This document shows positions 25,801 to 38,373 of a stretch of DNA of 64,000 nt, in pieces. Origin of the DNA: Chiloscyllium plagiosum (lineage: Eukaryota). The translations under genes and the position numbers were made by a program. The stretch's first letter is position 1. Each line of letters opens with the position of its first letter. Below the pieces are notes generated by a model that saw only the letters and a list, made by a program, of their open reading frames with translations, had not been told where the DNA came from and did no database searches. The stretch covers positions 15,895,397 through 15,959,396 of the forward strand of contig NC_057720.1 in the NCBI RefSeq assembly GCF_004010195.1, given 5' to 3'.

Positions 25801-26310
25801 CAAACACAGGGCTCTCATTCTGCGCTCTATTCCGAGACTACAAAAAATAAGACTTCTTTAATTTCAAAAATATATTTATTTATTCTTAAAATATCTTTAT
25901 ATAAAGCAGTTTGGTTCTGTACAGTCTTAGTACATTGAGAACAACTTACATTAACGTTTGACTTTCCCAACAGTTCTAAAAAACCAGAGCAGTGCTCCGA
26001 AAGCTAGTGCTTCTGAATAAAGCAGTTGGACTATAATATGGTGTTGTGTGATTTTTTAACACACCCAAAGCATTTCTTACTGATGAAAGATACTATTTAC
26101 ATATATTTGAGGCACCAAGAGGGTCCGATAAATGAATGAACCCCCATTGTATTATTTGACCCTAATTCTCAGACTGTGTCCCTACCTGTTTCAAGAAGAT
26201 TACCATCATCCCGGTGCCCAAAAAAAATCATGCAACATGCCTCAATAACGACTGCCCGATGGCTCTGACTTCCATGATCATGAAGTGCTTTGACAGGTTG
26301 GTCGTGGCTC

Positions 26311-27765
26311 TCCAACGCATCTCATCTACATCCCGCACCTCCGCCCTCAGACTCCACCCCTCCAACCGTAACAAGGACAGAACGGCCCTGATGCTCACCT
26401 TCCACCCTACCAACCTTCGCATAAACCAAATCATCCGCCGACATTTCCGCTACCTCCAAACGGACCCCACCACCAGGGATATATTTCCCTCCCCACCCCT
26501 TTCCGCCTTCCGCAAAGACCGTTCCCTCCTTGACTCCCTGGTCAGGTCCACGCCCCCTACAACCCACCCTCCCATCCTGGCACCTTCCCCTGCCACCACA
26601 TGAACTGTAAAACCTGCGCCCACACCTCCTCCCTCACCTCTATCCAAGGCCTTAAAGGAGCCTTCCACATCCATCAAAGTTTTACCTGCACATCCACCCA
26701 TATCATTTATTGTATCCGTTGCTCCCGATGCGGTCTCCTCTACATTGGGGAGACTGGATGCCTCCTAGCAGAGCACTTTTGGGAACATCTCTGGGACACC
26801 CGCACCAATCAACCACACCGCCCCGTGNNNNNNNNNNNNNNNNNNNNNNNNNNNNNNNNNNNNNNNNNNNNNNNNNNNNNNNNNNNNNNNNNNNNNNNNN
26901 NNNNNNNNNNNNNNNNNNNNNNNNNNNNNNNNNNNNNNNNNNNNNNNNNNNNNNNNNNNNNNNNNNNNNNNNNNNNNNNNNNNNNNNNNNNNNNNNNNNN
27001 NNNNNNNNNNNNNNNNNNNNNNNNNNNNNNNNNNNNNNNNNNNNNNNNNNNNNNNNNNNNNNNNNNNNNNNNNNNNNNNNNNNNNNNNNNNNNNNNNNNN
27101 NNNNNNNNNNNNNNNNNNNNNNNNNNNNNNNNNNNNNNNNNNNNNNNNNNNNNNNNNNNNNNNNNNNNNNNNNNNNNNNNNNNNNNNNNNNNNNNNNNNN
27201 NNNNNNNNNNNNNNNNNNNNNNNNNNNNNNNNNNNNNNNNNNNNNNNNNNNNNNNNNNNNNNNNNNNNNNNNNNNNNNNNNNNNNNNNNNNNNNNNNNNN
27301 NNNNNNNNNNNNNNNNNNNNNNNNNNNNNNNNNNNNNNNNNNNNNNNNNNNNNNNNNNNNNNNNNNNNNNNNNNNNNNNNNNNNNNNNNNNNNNNNNNNN
27401 NNNNNNNNNNNNNNNNNNNNNNNNNNNNNNNNNNNNNNNNNNNNNNNNNNNNNNNNNNNNNNNNNNNNNNNNNNNNNNNNNNNNNNNNNNNNNNNNNNNN
27501 NNNNNNNNNNNNNNNNNNNNNNNNNNNNNNNNNNNNNNNNNNNNNNNNNNNNNNNNNNNNNNNNNNNNNNNNNNNNNNNNNNNNNNNNNNNNNNNNNNNN
27601 NNNNNNNNNNNNNNNNNNNNNNNNNNNNNNNNNNNNNNNNNNNNNNNNNNNNNTGCCCGAAACGTCGATTTTACTGCTCCTCGGATGCTGCCTGAACTGC
27701 TGTGCTCTTCCAGCACCACTAATCCAGAATCTGGTTTCCAGCATCTGCAATCATTGTTTTACCTC
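26311..27765 (+). mobile_element. Penelope-like element 3' part with GIY-YIG endonuclease (Cys-rich linker, Neptune-like)
   Basis: CKTC..FTCTSTHIIYCIRCSRCGLLYIGETG..EH. A pLTR with ..GCCCGAAACGTC follows the N gap. Confidence 0.9.
26828..27653. other. Assembly gap (826 N)
   Basis: Run of N inside the PLE. Confidence 1.
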
Positions 27766-27965
27766 ACCTCAACTCCAGCCAATCAAATTGCCTTGATCCT
27801 GTGCAATTAGCATACCGGTGCAACAGATCCACAGTAAGCCATCTTCCCAGCCCGAGCCTCATCCCTGGAACATATGGATAACAAGGATGCCTACATCAGG
27901 CTCCTACTTATTGATTACAGTTCCACCTTGAACACTACAATCCCAAACAAACTCATTTGTAGGAG

Positions 27966-28391
27966 AGAAAATGCTGGAAAATCTCAGCAGGTCTGACAGC
28001 ATCTGTAGGGAGAGAAAAGAGCTGACGTTTCGAGTCTAACTGACCCTTTGTCAAAGCACGGAGGCGAAGACAGTCACTGAGGAAGGAAATATGGCTGTGG
28101 CAGCGAGTCTTAGTAAATACCTTGTCTAACACTGAGGGAGAAAAGGAAAGCAGTGAAGGTGGACAGGGGGAGAGAGACAAACGAGAATCCTGTCGGAGGG
28201 AAGAGCAGTACTTCTTCAGGGTAGACAATCCTGGAGGAGAGGTGGCAGTGGGTTAAACACTGGATACAAGCAAATTACTGTGGATGCTGGAATCTGAATC
28301 CAAAAGAGAAAATGCTGGAAAATCTCAGCAGGTCTGGCAGCATCTGTAAGGAGAGAAAAGAGCTGACGTTTCAAATCTAACTGACCCTTTG
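27966..28391 (-). mobile_element. Partial-tandem PLE insert (pLTR-spacer-pLTR) with 13-bp TSD
   Basis: About 90-bp direct repeats at about 27964-28053 and 28305-28394. TSD TCATTTGTAGGAG / TCATTTCTAGGAG at 27953-27965 and 28392-28404. Confidence 0.8.
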
Positions 28392-29109
28392 TCATTTCTA
28401 GGAGCCTAGGTCTCAGCTCTCCCCTCTGAAACTAGATCCTCAACGCATGACCCATGGACGCTAATTAGTAAAAATAGGCGACAAAGCCTCCTCCACAATA
28501 ATCCTCAACATGGTGCCCTGCTAGGCTGCATACTCAACCTCCTCCTTATACACTTACAACTGGGGCCAAATTCCACCCCAACTCCAGTTACAAGTTTGCT
28601 GACAACACCACCATTGTAGGTCAGATCTGAAACAGCGATGAGCTGGAATCAGGGAATGAGATTGAGTGCTGAATGGGATGGTGTAAAGACAACAATCTCT
28701 CCAATATCAGCAAAAGGATGGAGCTGGTCATTGACTTCAGGAAATGGAGTGGAGGGCCCCTGTCTGTATCAATGGTGCTGAGGTGGAAATGGTTGAGTGT
28801 GTCAAGTTCCTAGGTATGGTGATCACCAAAAATCTACCCTGGTTCACCCACGTCGATGCAACAGTCAAGAAAGCACGGCAGCATCTCTATTTCCTCAGGA
28901 GGCTAAGGAATTTTGACCTGACTCTTACCAATTTTTATAATGCACCAGAGAAAGCCTCCTATCTGGAACGTCACAGTGTGGTATGGCAACTGCTCTTCCC
29001 AAGACGGTGAAAAACTACAGCTTCATGAACAGAACCCAGTCCATCATGCAGACCAGCATTCCATCCATTGACGCCATCTACACTTCCTGCTGCCTCAGGA
29101 AAGCAACCA

Positions 29110-30437
29110 AGGGTGACACAGTGGTTAGTACTGCTGCCTCACAGTGCCAGGACCTGGCTTCAATTCCAGCCTTGGGTGACTGTGTGGAGTTTGCACATTC
29201 TCCCCACTCTCTGCAATTGGATTCTCAATTTCCTGACCCACAGGCCACAATCAGTGAAGATTGGGGACAATGTTTCATTGTCACCAACACTGGACCACCC
29301 CCCCCCCCCAGAAGTGCGTACTCAGCCCCTACCATACTCATTGTATACCCATGACTGAGTCGCCAAATACCAGACTAATGTCATTTTCAAGTTCACTGAT
29401 GACACCACTATAGTTGATCAAATCTCAGAGGTGACGAAACAGACTACAAACGGGAGGTGGAAGACCTGGAAAAATGGCGCACTGAGAACAACCCAGCTCT
29501 CAATGCCAGCAAAACCAAGGAACTCATTACTGACTTTCAACAGGATGTTACTCATGCCCCCTACACATTAACAGCACAGAGGTGGAACGAGTGGAGAGTG
29601 TTCAGCTCCTGGGAGTGGTCATCCACAACAAGCTTTCTTGGGCTCTTCATGTGGACGCACTGGTTACAAAGGCCCAACAACATCTCTCCTTCCTCAGGCA
29701 GCTGAGGAAATTTGACATGACAGTAAATACCTTTGCCAACTTTTATAGGTGCACCATCGAGAGCATTCTGTCTGGATGCATCACCACCTGGTATGGCAAC
29801 TGTACCATTCAAAAGAGTGGTGAACTCAGCCCGGACAATCACAAAGGCCAACCTCCCATCTATAGAACCCATCCACCAGGCCCGCTGTCAAGGAAAAGCT
29901 GCCAGCATTCTCAAAGATCCATCCCACCCTTGCAATGTTTTTCTACAACCTCTACCATCAGGGAGAAGGTACAGAAGCCTGAACACACGCACCAGCTGGT
30001 TTCAAAACAGTTTCTACCCTACTGTTGTTAGAATACTAAATGTATTCACAAACTCTTAACATTTTCCTGTACCTGTGTTTTTGGTTTTGCCACTGTTTAC
30101 CTATTATTTACCAACTGTGCTCCTTAACTCTGTGATCTGCCTGTATAGCTCACAAGACATAGTTTTTCACTGTGCCTCGGTACATGTGACAATAAATTCT
30201 ATTCAATTCAATTCCTTTGGGTGCTCCACTTTCCTCCCACAATACAAAAATGTACAGGTTAGGTGAATTGGCCGTGCTAAATTGCCCATAGTGTTCAGGG
30301 ATGTGTAGGTTTGATGCATTAGTCAGGGGTAATTGTAGAATAATAGGGGAATGGGTCTGTGTGGGTTACTCTCCAAGGTTCGGTGTAGACTTGTTGGGCC
30401 AAAGGGTTTGTTTCCACACTCTAGGGACTCTATGATT
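29110..30437 (+). mobile_element. HE1-like SINE split by a Rex1-like LINE
   Basis: SINE head at 29110-29205. The remainder, GGGTGCTCC..CCCACAAT.., resumes at about 30217 after the LINE tail. Confidence 0.8.
29206..30215 (+). mobile_element. Rex1-like LINE, RT C-terminus to 3' end
   Basis: LCNWILNFLTHRPQSV, KFTDDTT, FYRCTIESILSGCITTWYGNC and tail GTGACAATAAA(TTCAA)n. Confidence 0.9.
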
Positions 30438-33400
30438 CTAACATAACCATAGACTCCTCCCACCCCAGTTATACTCTCTCCCACCCTCTTCTGTCAGGCA
30501 GAAGCTATAAATGCACATACAAATATATTCCTCACTGTTATCAGACTTTTGAACAGATCTCTCAAATGTTAATTCTGATCTCTCTCTCGCTGCACCTTCT
30601 CTGTGGCTGTCATGCCCAGCACCTTCGTCAATGTTTATCATCCAGCAAATGGAATTAAAACAGGGGTTGAAAATGGGAGTGTCAGAAATTCCAATGGATC
30701 ACACCATTTGACTGGCTGCATTAGTTTCTTCAGTACAAACAGGGGAAGGTGATAGTAATGTCACTGGATGAGTAATGCAGAACCTCAGGGGTCATGCATT
30801 TGAATTTCAACGTGGCAGATGGTGAAATCTAAATTTAATAAAACCTGGAATTTTAAAAAACTGGTCTAACGTTGACTATTAAAAAAAACCAACTGGTTTA
30901 GTAATGGTCTTCAGGGAAGAACATCTGACATCCTGACTCAGTCTAACCATGTGTAGCTCTGGACTTGCAGGCACATGGCATTAAACTGCCTTTTGAAATG
31001 GTTTAGTGACCCGGTCTGTTCAAGGGCAATTAGATATGGGCAACAGACACTGGCTTTGTCATAACCCAGGTAAGAATAAAAGAAAACTTACAATAAAAAG
31101 CCCACCTGCCCAACTTCGAAGGGCATTTGCAGAAGGGAATGAGCATTTCCTGGACTTGACTGCTACTATCTGGCAGGGATCTGCCACAGTTGGCCTTGCA
31201 TTAATTCAGATCAAGTGTATAATTTGATAAAGGGAAGGGTCACATGATATATGTAATGATTGCTGGGGATAAGACAGTTATCTTAGCTGGCTAGACAGCA
31301 AGCCTGTGGTTCAGATAACAGCACAAGTGTATGGTTCAATCCCAATTCTCCCTGACATAGCTTGCTTGCCCTGTTAAAGATAAATTACAGTTCAGCAATC
31401 CCTGAATAATCAAGGATACCACTTACAGAAGCAGATTGCTTAGGAGTTAAAATTTAAAACAAAGCAAAATCATAGTTATTACAAAGGAATGAATGTGAGT
31501 TAGTATCTGGTATATAATACCTAACCTTTGAGCATAGTTTTTGGAAGGGTGTTAGAGAAGCGTCTGAAGAGATAAAATGTGGGACTGGCTGAGCTGCTCA
31601 TGCAGAGATTTGGCAGAGATAGGATGGATCAAATTATCTCCTTCTGGGTGATAACCATTTTATTGTCTTAGATTTAAAAATTCCAATACACAATTAATGT
31701 CACTGCAGAGGTTTATGAATAAAGGGTTTAAGAGTTCAATAAACCAATGTGTATGTACATTTCTATGACTCTATAATCCTGCAAAATGGGATTAGAATAG
31801 ATTAGGTGTTTTTTTTTGACCAGTGCAGACTCAATGGGCCAAAGAGTCTTTTTCTGTGCTGAGATCTCTATGAATTATATGAAGCAAAATATTTCAATAT
31901 ATTGTTCTGTACTAACGTAATGCACATGGTTTTCCTATTGGCTAATTTTGTGCTTCATGTTTTGAAAATGACAGGGTCTTGTAACAAAACTATACGCTGA
32001 GCCCTAAGCCTTGTTTTTTGAGGTTAACGAGAAAGGCAAACAGAAATTTTTTTCATTCAGCAATCATGCAGAAATATTAATGGAAGTTTAGTTTTGAAAG
32101 TGATAGATCACTTGTAAAAAAATGACATTTAAATAATCTTTGTTTATCCCTTGGGTTGTTTCTGGAGTTGATGAAGATAGATCAGCTGATCGTATGAAGG
32201 AGCAATGAAGAGAATTTTATTGTGAAACAGTTTTGAAATGGCTGGGATTATTAAAAAAAAGTATTTGCTTATCTGGTTGCCTTTATATTGTTCTTGAGGA
32301 CACACTGGCAGGTCAGAGGCAGCGTGGAAAGCAAGGTGAAGGAATAATGGGAATCTGGCAGGGTACAGTGGGAATGTGGGAGAAGGCTGTGGAAGAAAGG
32401 AAGAGAAAATTTCACCGAGCAACAAAAGTAAATGGACAGGGAACAAGTGGTAGTGAATCTCAAAGCAGGAGAAGAACCAAGGCAGGAGAGGAGTTGCAGA
32501 GAGAAGAGAAAAAATAATGGAGTGGGAGGAAGAGAGGAGAGGTTTGGAACGGGAGTGACACAGGCAGAAACGAAAGGTATACAATGAGAGCCAACGGTAC
32601 GTGCAATATTGTTGGCCATAGCAATGGCAAGAAATGTTGACAGACTTTGGTAAAGGTAGAAGGGCATTCAAGAAAAGATGATTTTAGGTGTTAATGTGTA
32701 TGAAGAAGGAAAAAGCCCTGAGATCTGGCAAGGACAGGTATTTGGAATCTGACCCAACTGAGGTCTAGAAGCAAAAACAGAAATTAGTGGGAAAGCTCAG
32801 CAAATCTGGCAGCATCTGTGGAGAGAAATCGGAAGTATATGCCCAAAATCTACCTGAGACCTACTTTTGAATCTGTTTCCATCATCCTCTCATTTCATTG
32901 CATATTTCAGATTGCAGTAATCCACTGAGGAAAAGTATTTCTCCTCATCCTGACCAGACATTTTGCCAGTTAACTGTATCCTTTGGTTAATAATCTTCCC
33001 TGGCTGTGAAAACAGTTTCTCCCCATCAGTTCTACAAAATCCTTTATCTAGGTTCACAAATATAATCAAAATATATCAGCATCATGCGACTGTAAAGATC
33101 TAAAGAGAATAAGTACTGAATATTCAGTACTCAATATCGTGCACTGTATATTAACTACATTGTTGAGGTTTGCAGTTTCTTCACTTTTGTAAATTTTCAA
33201 AATGTAAAGATGTTATTCCTGTATTGAACAGGGAATTACAGTAGTCTGTCAAATCCTATTGATTTTACTTTGCATTTGCTGTTTCCTTTTTGTAATGTAT
33301 AAACATGCTGAGGAAGGTTCCCTCTGTACTTTATCTATCATGAAATTGAAAGCCGGTTTCTGATTTTATTTCCCATACTAAGGGCATTTTCTCAGTGCAT

Positions 33401-34206
33401 TCCTACAAAATACAAGAAACTTATGGATATGATCATTTGGATATTTGGTAACACAAATACAGGTGACAACATAATCAAATCCATTATTTTTCACAACTCA
33501 AAGTTTTGAATATTGTAGCTTGCTTTATGTCAATTGAAATAGAAATCAATTTAGATAAAAGGTAGTCATTGTAAGCTTAAGCTTATTAAAATGTAATAAT
33601 ATCATATATAACACCATAAATCATCTCGTATTGGTGCACAGTACACACAGGCCAATGTAGGCCGAGGAGGTTTTATGAGAGTGAAAGTGTAATGATAAAT
33701 CAATGAATTATAAAGCAAAAATGGAAAGATTGAAACATTTTCAAGACAAACAGTTATACTGCAAACTCCATTTGTCCATGAAAAGAGACACAGAACAAGT
33801 AAATGTCTGCCACAACATGGAAAACAGTCAGGAAAGCACACTTACTGTATAAATCGAGTGAATGTCCCAGTAAAGGTGAATTTCAAACTTAAAACTTTAA
33901 AACTTACTAATCAACCTCACATCACATAATTACCAGCAATGGCTATCTGATGTGCTAAACCTCAATACTACAAAATTTAAGATCCTTTTTAAGATAGATT
34001 AATTTTGGTTCTTTGAATATGTGACTGCAGGTTTTGTGTATTTACAAATGTTGTACTTTACATTCAAAAGGTATTTGCTGGAAAAGTTTCATAGAAGCTA
34101 TTTTCCATTGAATCACCCTTGGATTGGACTATTACAACTGCCATGCACCTGATGGAAGATTTCTTGAGACATTTCAAAGGTAGACTTTAACTGACTCTAT
34201 AGAAAC

Positions 34207-34238
34207 TGACCTGGTGACCTTCTGACACCAGAAGGTCA
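34207..34238. promoter_or_regulatory. Candidate nuclear-receptor element (perfect DR2 plus everted half-site)
   Basis: TGACCT-GG-TGACCT-N12-AGGTCA. Confidence 0.35.
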
Positions 34239-37221
34239 CAGCGAGCTGGGGCAATTGTTGTGGACCACTGGGATGAAAATGATGTACTACATCCCTTTGA
34301 TACAGTTATACCTGACACTCAAATAGATGGCCATGGTTATTGAGGAGCAATCATTGTAGCTCCTGGTTATTATTGCAATGGCTCCTTGTCCAGCCATCCT
34401 TAACTGCTTCATCAACCCTATCATTCGTTGCATGGAGTGGACTGGTTTGTTAATAGTCCCACCATTTTCAGCTCCATTTACAGACTCCTTTCTTTAAATC
34501 CATTCATCGGGTATGGGCATCGCTGGCTAGGCCAGGATTTGTTGCCCTCCCTAATGTCCCAGAGGGCATTTAAGAGCCAATCACGTTGCAGTGGGCCTGG
34601 AGTTACTTGTAGGCCAGACCAGATAAGGACGGCAGTTTCCTTCCCTAAAGGAAATGAGTGAGCCAGATGGGTTTTCCCTGACAGTCATCATTAATGTCTT
34701 AATTCCTGATTTGTATTCATCTGCCATGGTGGGATTTGAACCCAGATCCCATTACCTGGGTCTCCAAGTTAATGGTCCAGCGATAAAACCACTAAGCCAT
34801 CTCCTCCTCTCCAGCAATGAAGCAGCTAACCTTGGACAACACCTAAGCTTGAGCCAATATAAGGTATAATGCCACCTAATGAGCAGTCCTATTTAAAAAT
34901 ACATCTGATCTACTGTAGTACAATACCTGCATCATTAAATTCCCCATCATTGACATTCCAGGACCACATAGAAAATATATAGCTGTTTGTTCAGTGTCAC
35001 TGGGTCAAAATCTTTGAACTCCTTGAACGCCCTCTCTAAGTGCATTGTGGGTGTACCTACAGCACATTGACTGCAGCTCGTCACCTTCTTCTCAAGGGCA
35101 AGTGCACGATGACAAAAGCTGAGATCTGAAGTAATGAAATGTGGATTTGGAAACAATTCAATCTGAAATGCCATCAATTATATGTTCATTTAAAGGAAAT
35201 ATTATGGTCTAATTATTGTTCTGTGTGCATTCGGGTTTCTTCCTGAAGGATGTTAATAATTTGGATTGCAGCCCTAATTTTCTGAAAGGTGACTATGCAT
35301 TCTTTACACTATCACACATGATTGATGTATGTTGGCCAACAGTCTTCACTAAATTTGAAAACTTTGCAAAGCTTTGTGGCAACACAGTTGCAAATGCTGA
35401 CCTCCATGCTGGGCATTTTTAGTATTAGTCTAGTGCACTTTTAAACTCCTCATATTGTTTTCTCATCATATATGAACCCAGCATGGAACATCTAATGGAA
35501 GGGTCTGAGGAAAGGTCACCTGACCCAAAACGTTAACTCTGACTTCTCTCCACAGATGTTGCCAGACTTGCTGAGCTTTTTCAGCAATTGCTGTTTTTCT
35601 TTCTGATTTCCAGCATCCACAGTTCTTCAGGTTTTTATGGAACTTTGGACTTCTGTCTGGTAACTGCCAGATGTTAATATCACTCTGTCCTATCTTTAAA
35701 GACTAAATCATTTGCTTTCAGTGGATATCAACTGCTGTGAATGAACTCTCAATGTAAATGATGAAAGGTTTGATAGTATTATGATGGTTAATTAGGAGGA
35801 TACAGAGCAGATTTTATTTTTTTTCCCTTCAGTTATCCTCCAGTTATCTTCCTGCTGCTAATTTAGAACACAATACTGATAGTATTCTCAGAAAGATAAA
35901 CTTATGGCCAGCAGTCAATATAGCAGTGTTTGTATTAAGGCTTCACATCAGGTTATTATGAGACTCCTGGAAGTTTGATTCTGCCTGATAAGTCCTCAGT
36001 GCAGTAACACATCTCTTTAGTGAGCTCTGTCATAGATCACTGAAGAATCAAACAGGAAGAGAACAGCATTCCAATTGAAATATTGTAGTTGCTATACCCC
36101 CTTTCAGTACAGTAAACTTTGTTTTGGCCCCTTATGAGCCAGCATTCGCAATAAACTGCCAAATTACGTACCACAAATACCACAAAATTTACTGTATTAC
36201 TCTGTCCAATTATTATAGCTTTTAATTTATTTACCTCAATGAAAATATACATGTTGTTCAATCAAGTGGCCATACGAAATATCAACAGTTGATTCAATTT
36301 CTAGTCAATTTCTCATCAAATAACACAATCTCCGAGTAGTCAGTTGAGGGTTGAGTGAGAAGGCTCTCTGCTAGGTTTTATTTAAGACAAAGTTGCAATA
36401 TTATTTAAGTCATTTATGCAGTAAATAAAGTATAACAGTGATGTGTACACCCCTGGATTGCATTCCTATTACTTATTGGGTGTTTTTACATTATTTATGT
36501 GAACTTCTTAATTATCTGGAATATTTGATCAAGCAGAAACATAGGTTCCCGATAATAAAAAGTTTGCTGCACTGTTGTTTCAGATAGAAGTAGGAGAAAA
36601 TCAATCTGAAATAGAAAAGTAAAATTTTAGTAAGTTATGGCCTCTGCTTTTTTCACCAGCAGCCCGTTATCCCTTTATTCACAGCTTTCATCCTGCCCGT
36701 CAGGTTCACTCCAGTTAAATACAACATTAACTGTGCTACTGTACTTTGAGGTAGCACAGAGTACTTTCAAACCTTTGACACAAAGCACTTCAGTACGCTT
36801 GGCATCTGTTTTACTCACAGATATTCCACTACTCCTCAGTCAATTACATGGCTCTTGTGCCCCATCATGTTCATTGTCTTCCTTCCTCAATCTCCTAATT
36901 GTATGCACTCTGAATTCTGAACCCTTATCTCCGTCTCTCACACGCGCACACAACATTCAGAGTGCTCCAAGCTTCTCATCTTCAGTCAGCTGCTGCTCAG
37001 TACATTTCAAAACACTCCAACATCGTTCTCACTTAAAGTCCTCGACAAGTGTTACCACTTACAATCACTCACTGCAGCCTACTTCCCAATGCTCTCAATA
37101 TCTTATTGAAGTTATTTTTCTTTCCATCGTAGCAACCAGAATTGCTTCCTGTCTCTCAGGACATAACCCATCTTCTACTTTCTGAAACGCTGCAAAGGTT
37201 CCAGGGTTCTTAGAATCCTTA

Positions 37222-37733
37222 TATTACAGATAGAAGCCATTCAGCCCAATGGGTCTGCACCAAATCATCCAGACAAGCCTTTCCCATTCCTGTATGGGGC
37301 TTTTACTACGGCTAATCCACCTGGTCTGCACATCTCTGGATACTAACGGGGCATTTTTTTGCATAGCCAATCCACCTAACCTGCACATCTTTGGACTGTT
37401 GGAGGAAACTGGAGCATCCATGGGAAACCCACACAGACACAGAAAGAGTGTGCAACCTTCACTTAGTCAGTCACCCAAGGCTGGAATTGAATCCAGGTCC
37501 CTGACATTGTGAGGCAGCACAGCAGTTCAGGCAGCATCCAAGGAGCAGCGAAATCAATGTTTCGGGCAAAAGCCTTTCATCAGGGCTTTTGCCCGAAATG
37601 TCGATTTCGCTGCTCCTTGGATGCTGCCTGAACTGCTGTGCTCTTCCAGCACCACTAATCCAGAATCTGGTTTCCAGCATCTGCAGTCATTGTTTTTACC
37701 CCATTGTGAAGCAGCAGTGCTAACCACTGAGCC
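37222..37733 (-). mobile_element. HE1-like SINE interrupted by a PLE hairpin
   Basis: The SINE head resumes after the insert at 37702. Confidence 0.85.
37520..37701 (+). mobile_element. Hairpin PLE pLTR insert with 15-bp TSD
   Basis: Inverted arms of about 59 bp at 37516-37574 and 37584-37642. TSD CATTGTGAGGCAGCA / CATTGTGAAGCAGCA at 37505-37519 and 37702-37716. Confidence 0.85.
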
Positions 37734-37907
37734 ATAGTATGCATTAACACTAATATAACCAGTATTTCTGGCATAAGGACAATTCCAATACATCAAAGTC
37801 GCCTTGTTTACTATTCTGTACCATATTACTATCAAGTCTCTTTACCTTTCACGTTCTATCAGTTTTAGTCTGGGAGGTTTCAGTTAAAATGGGGGAGAGG
37901 GGGAATT

Positions 37908-37918
37908 TTCTCTCTCAG

Positions 37919-37951
<33 letters not shown>

Positions 37952-37962
37952 CTCTGCCTCTC
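37908..37962. repeat. (CT)n microsatellite
   Basis: Direct reading. Confidence 0.95.
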
Positions 37963-38359
37963 ACAGTATTTCCAGTATTTTTACATTGCTTGTGCTTTCC
38001 CTCATGCAGTATGTTCTCTCACGCATGGTACTATTGACACATTTGTGGCACTCAGTCATAACGGGGAGCCACATTTCAACGTAAGCAGGCTTTTACAAGA
38101 CATTGGCTGACGAGCCATCTTCAGAAACAGAGAAGTCAAAGGAAGGACAAGTTGGAAATGGACAGTGAGTGAAGAAGAGGGAAGAGTAGAACTTGAATAT
38201 GAAATTGTTGAAATTTTCCAGAATAAGGTGAAAGCAAGGAAGAGCCCCAGTTTAGTCATCAATGCACCAAAAGAAGTAAAGGAGGGAACCTGAGTCAGAC
38301 CAGAATAAGAAATAATCCAGATATCACATAAAAGGCAGGCATTGTTAAAACGCATTCAG

Positions 38360-38373
38360 GTTTCCATGGCAAC
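38360..38373. promoter_or_regulatory. RFX X-box motif
   Basis: GTTTCCATGGCAAC matches the palindromic consensus GTTNCCATGGNAAC. Confidence 0.5.

Larger units (their letters stand above)
26165..29105 (+). mobile_element. Rex1-like LINE RT region, split by two PLE insertions
   Basis: IIPVPKK..ALTSMIMKCFDRLV, KFADNTTIVG and VECVKFLG..VKKARQHLYFLRRLR motifs. Confidence 0.85.

Noticed and set aside
26600..27810. Long 313-398 aa ORFs in the ORF track
   Set aside because: Artefacts of translating through the 826-N gap. Only the GIY-YIG N-terminal part is real.
32144..32671. Overlapping 94-175 aa ORFs
   Set aside because: A purine/pyrimidine strand-biased tract suppresses stop codons, and no protein motif is recognisable.
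33846..33887. 42-nt minus-strand exon candidate
   Set aside because: The acceptor is weak (purine-rich, upstream AGs) and the peptide is unrecognisable.
36637..37185. 182-aa Ser/Leu/Thr-rich ORF
   Set aside because: Low-complexity composition, no recognisable domain or splice signals. Likely chance or an old repeat.
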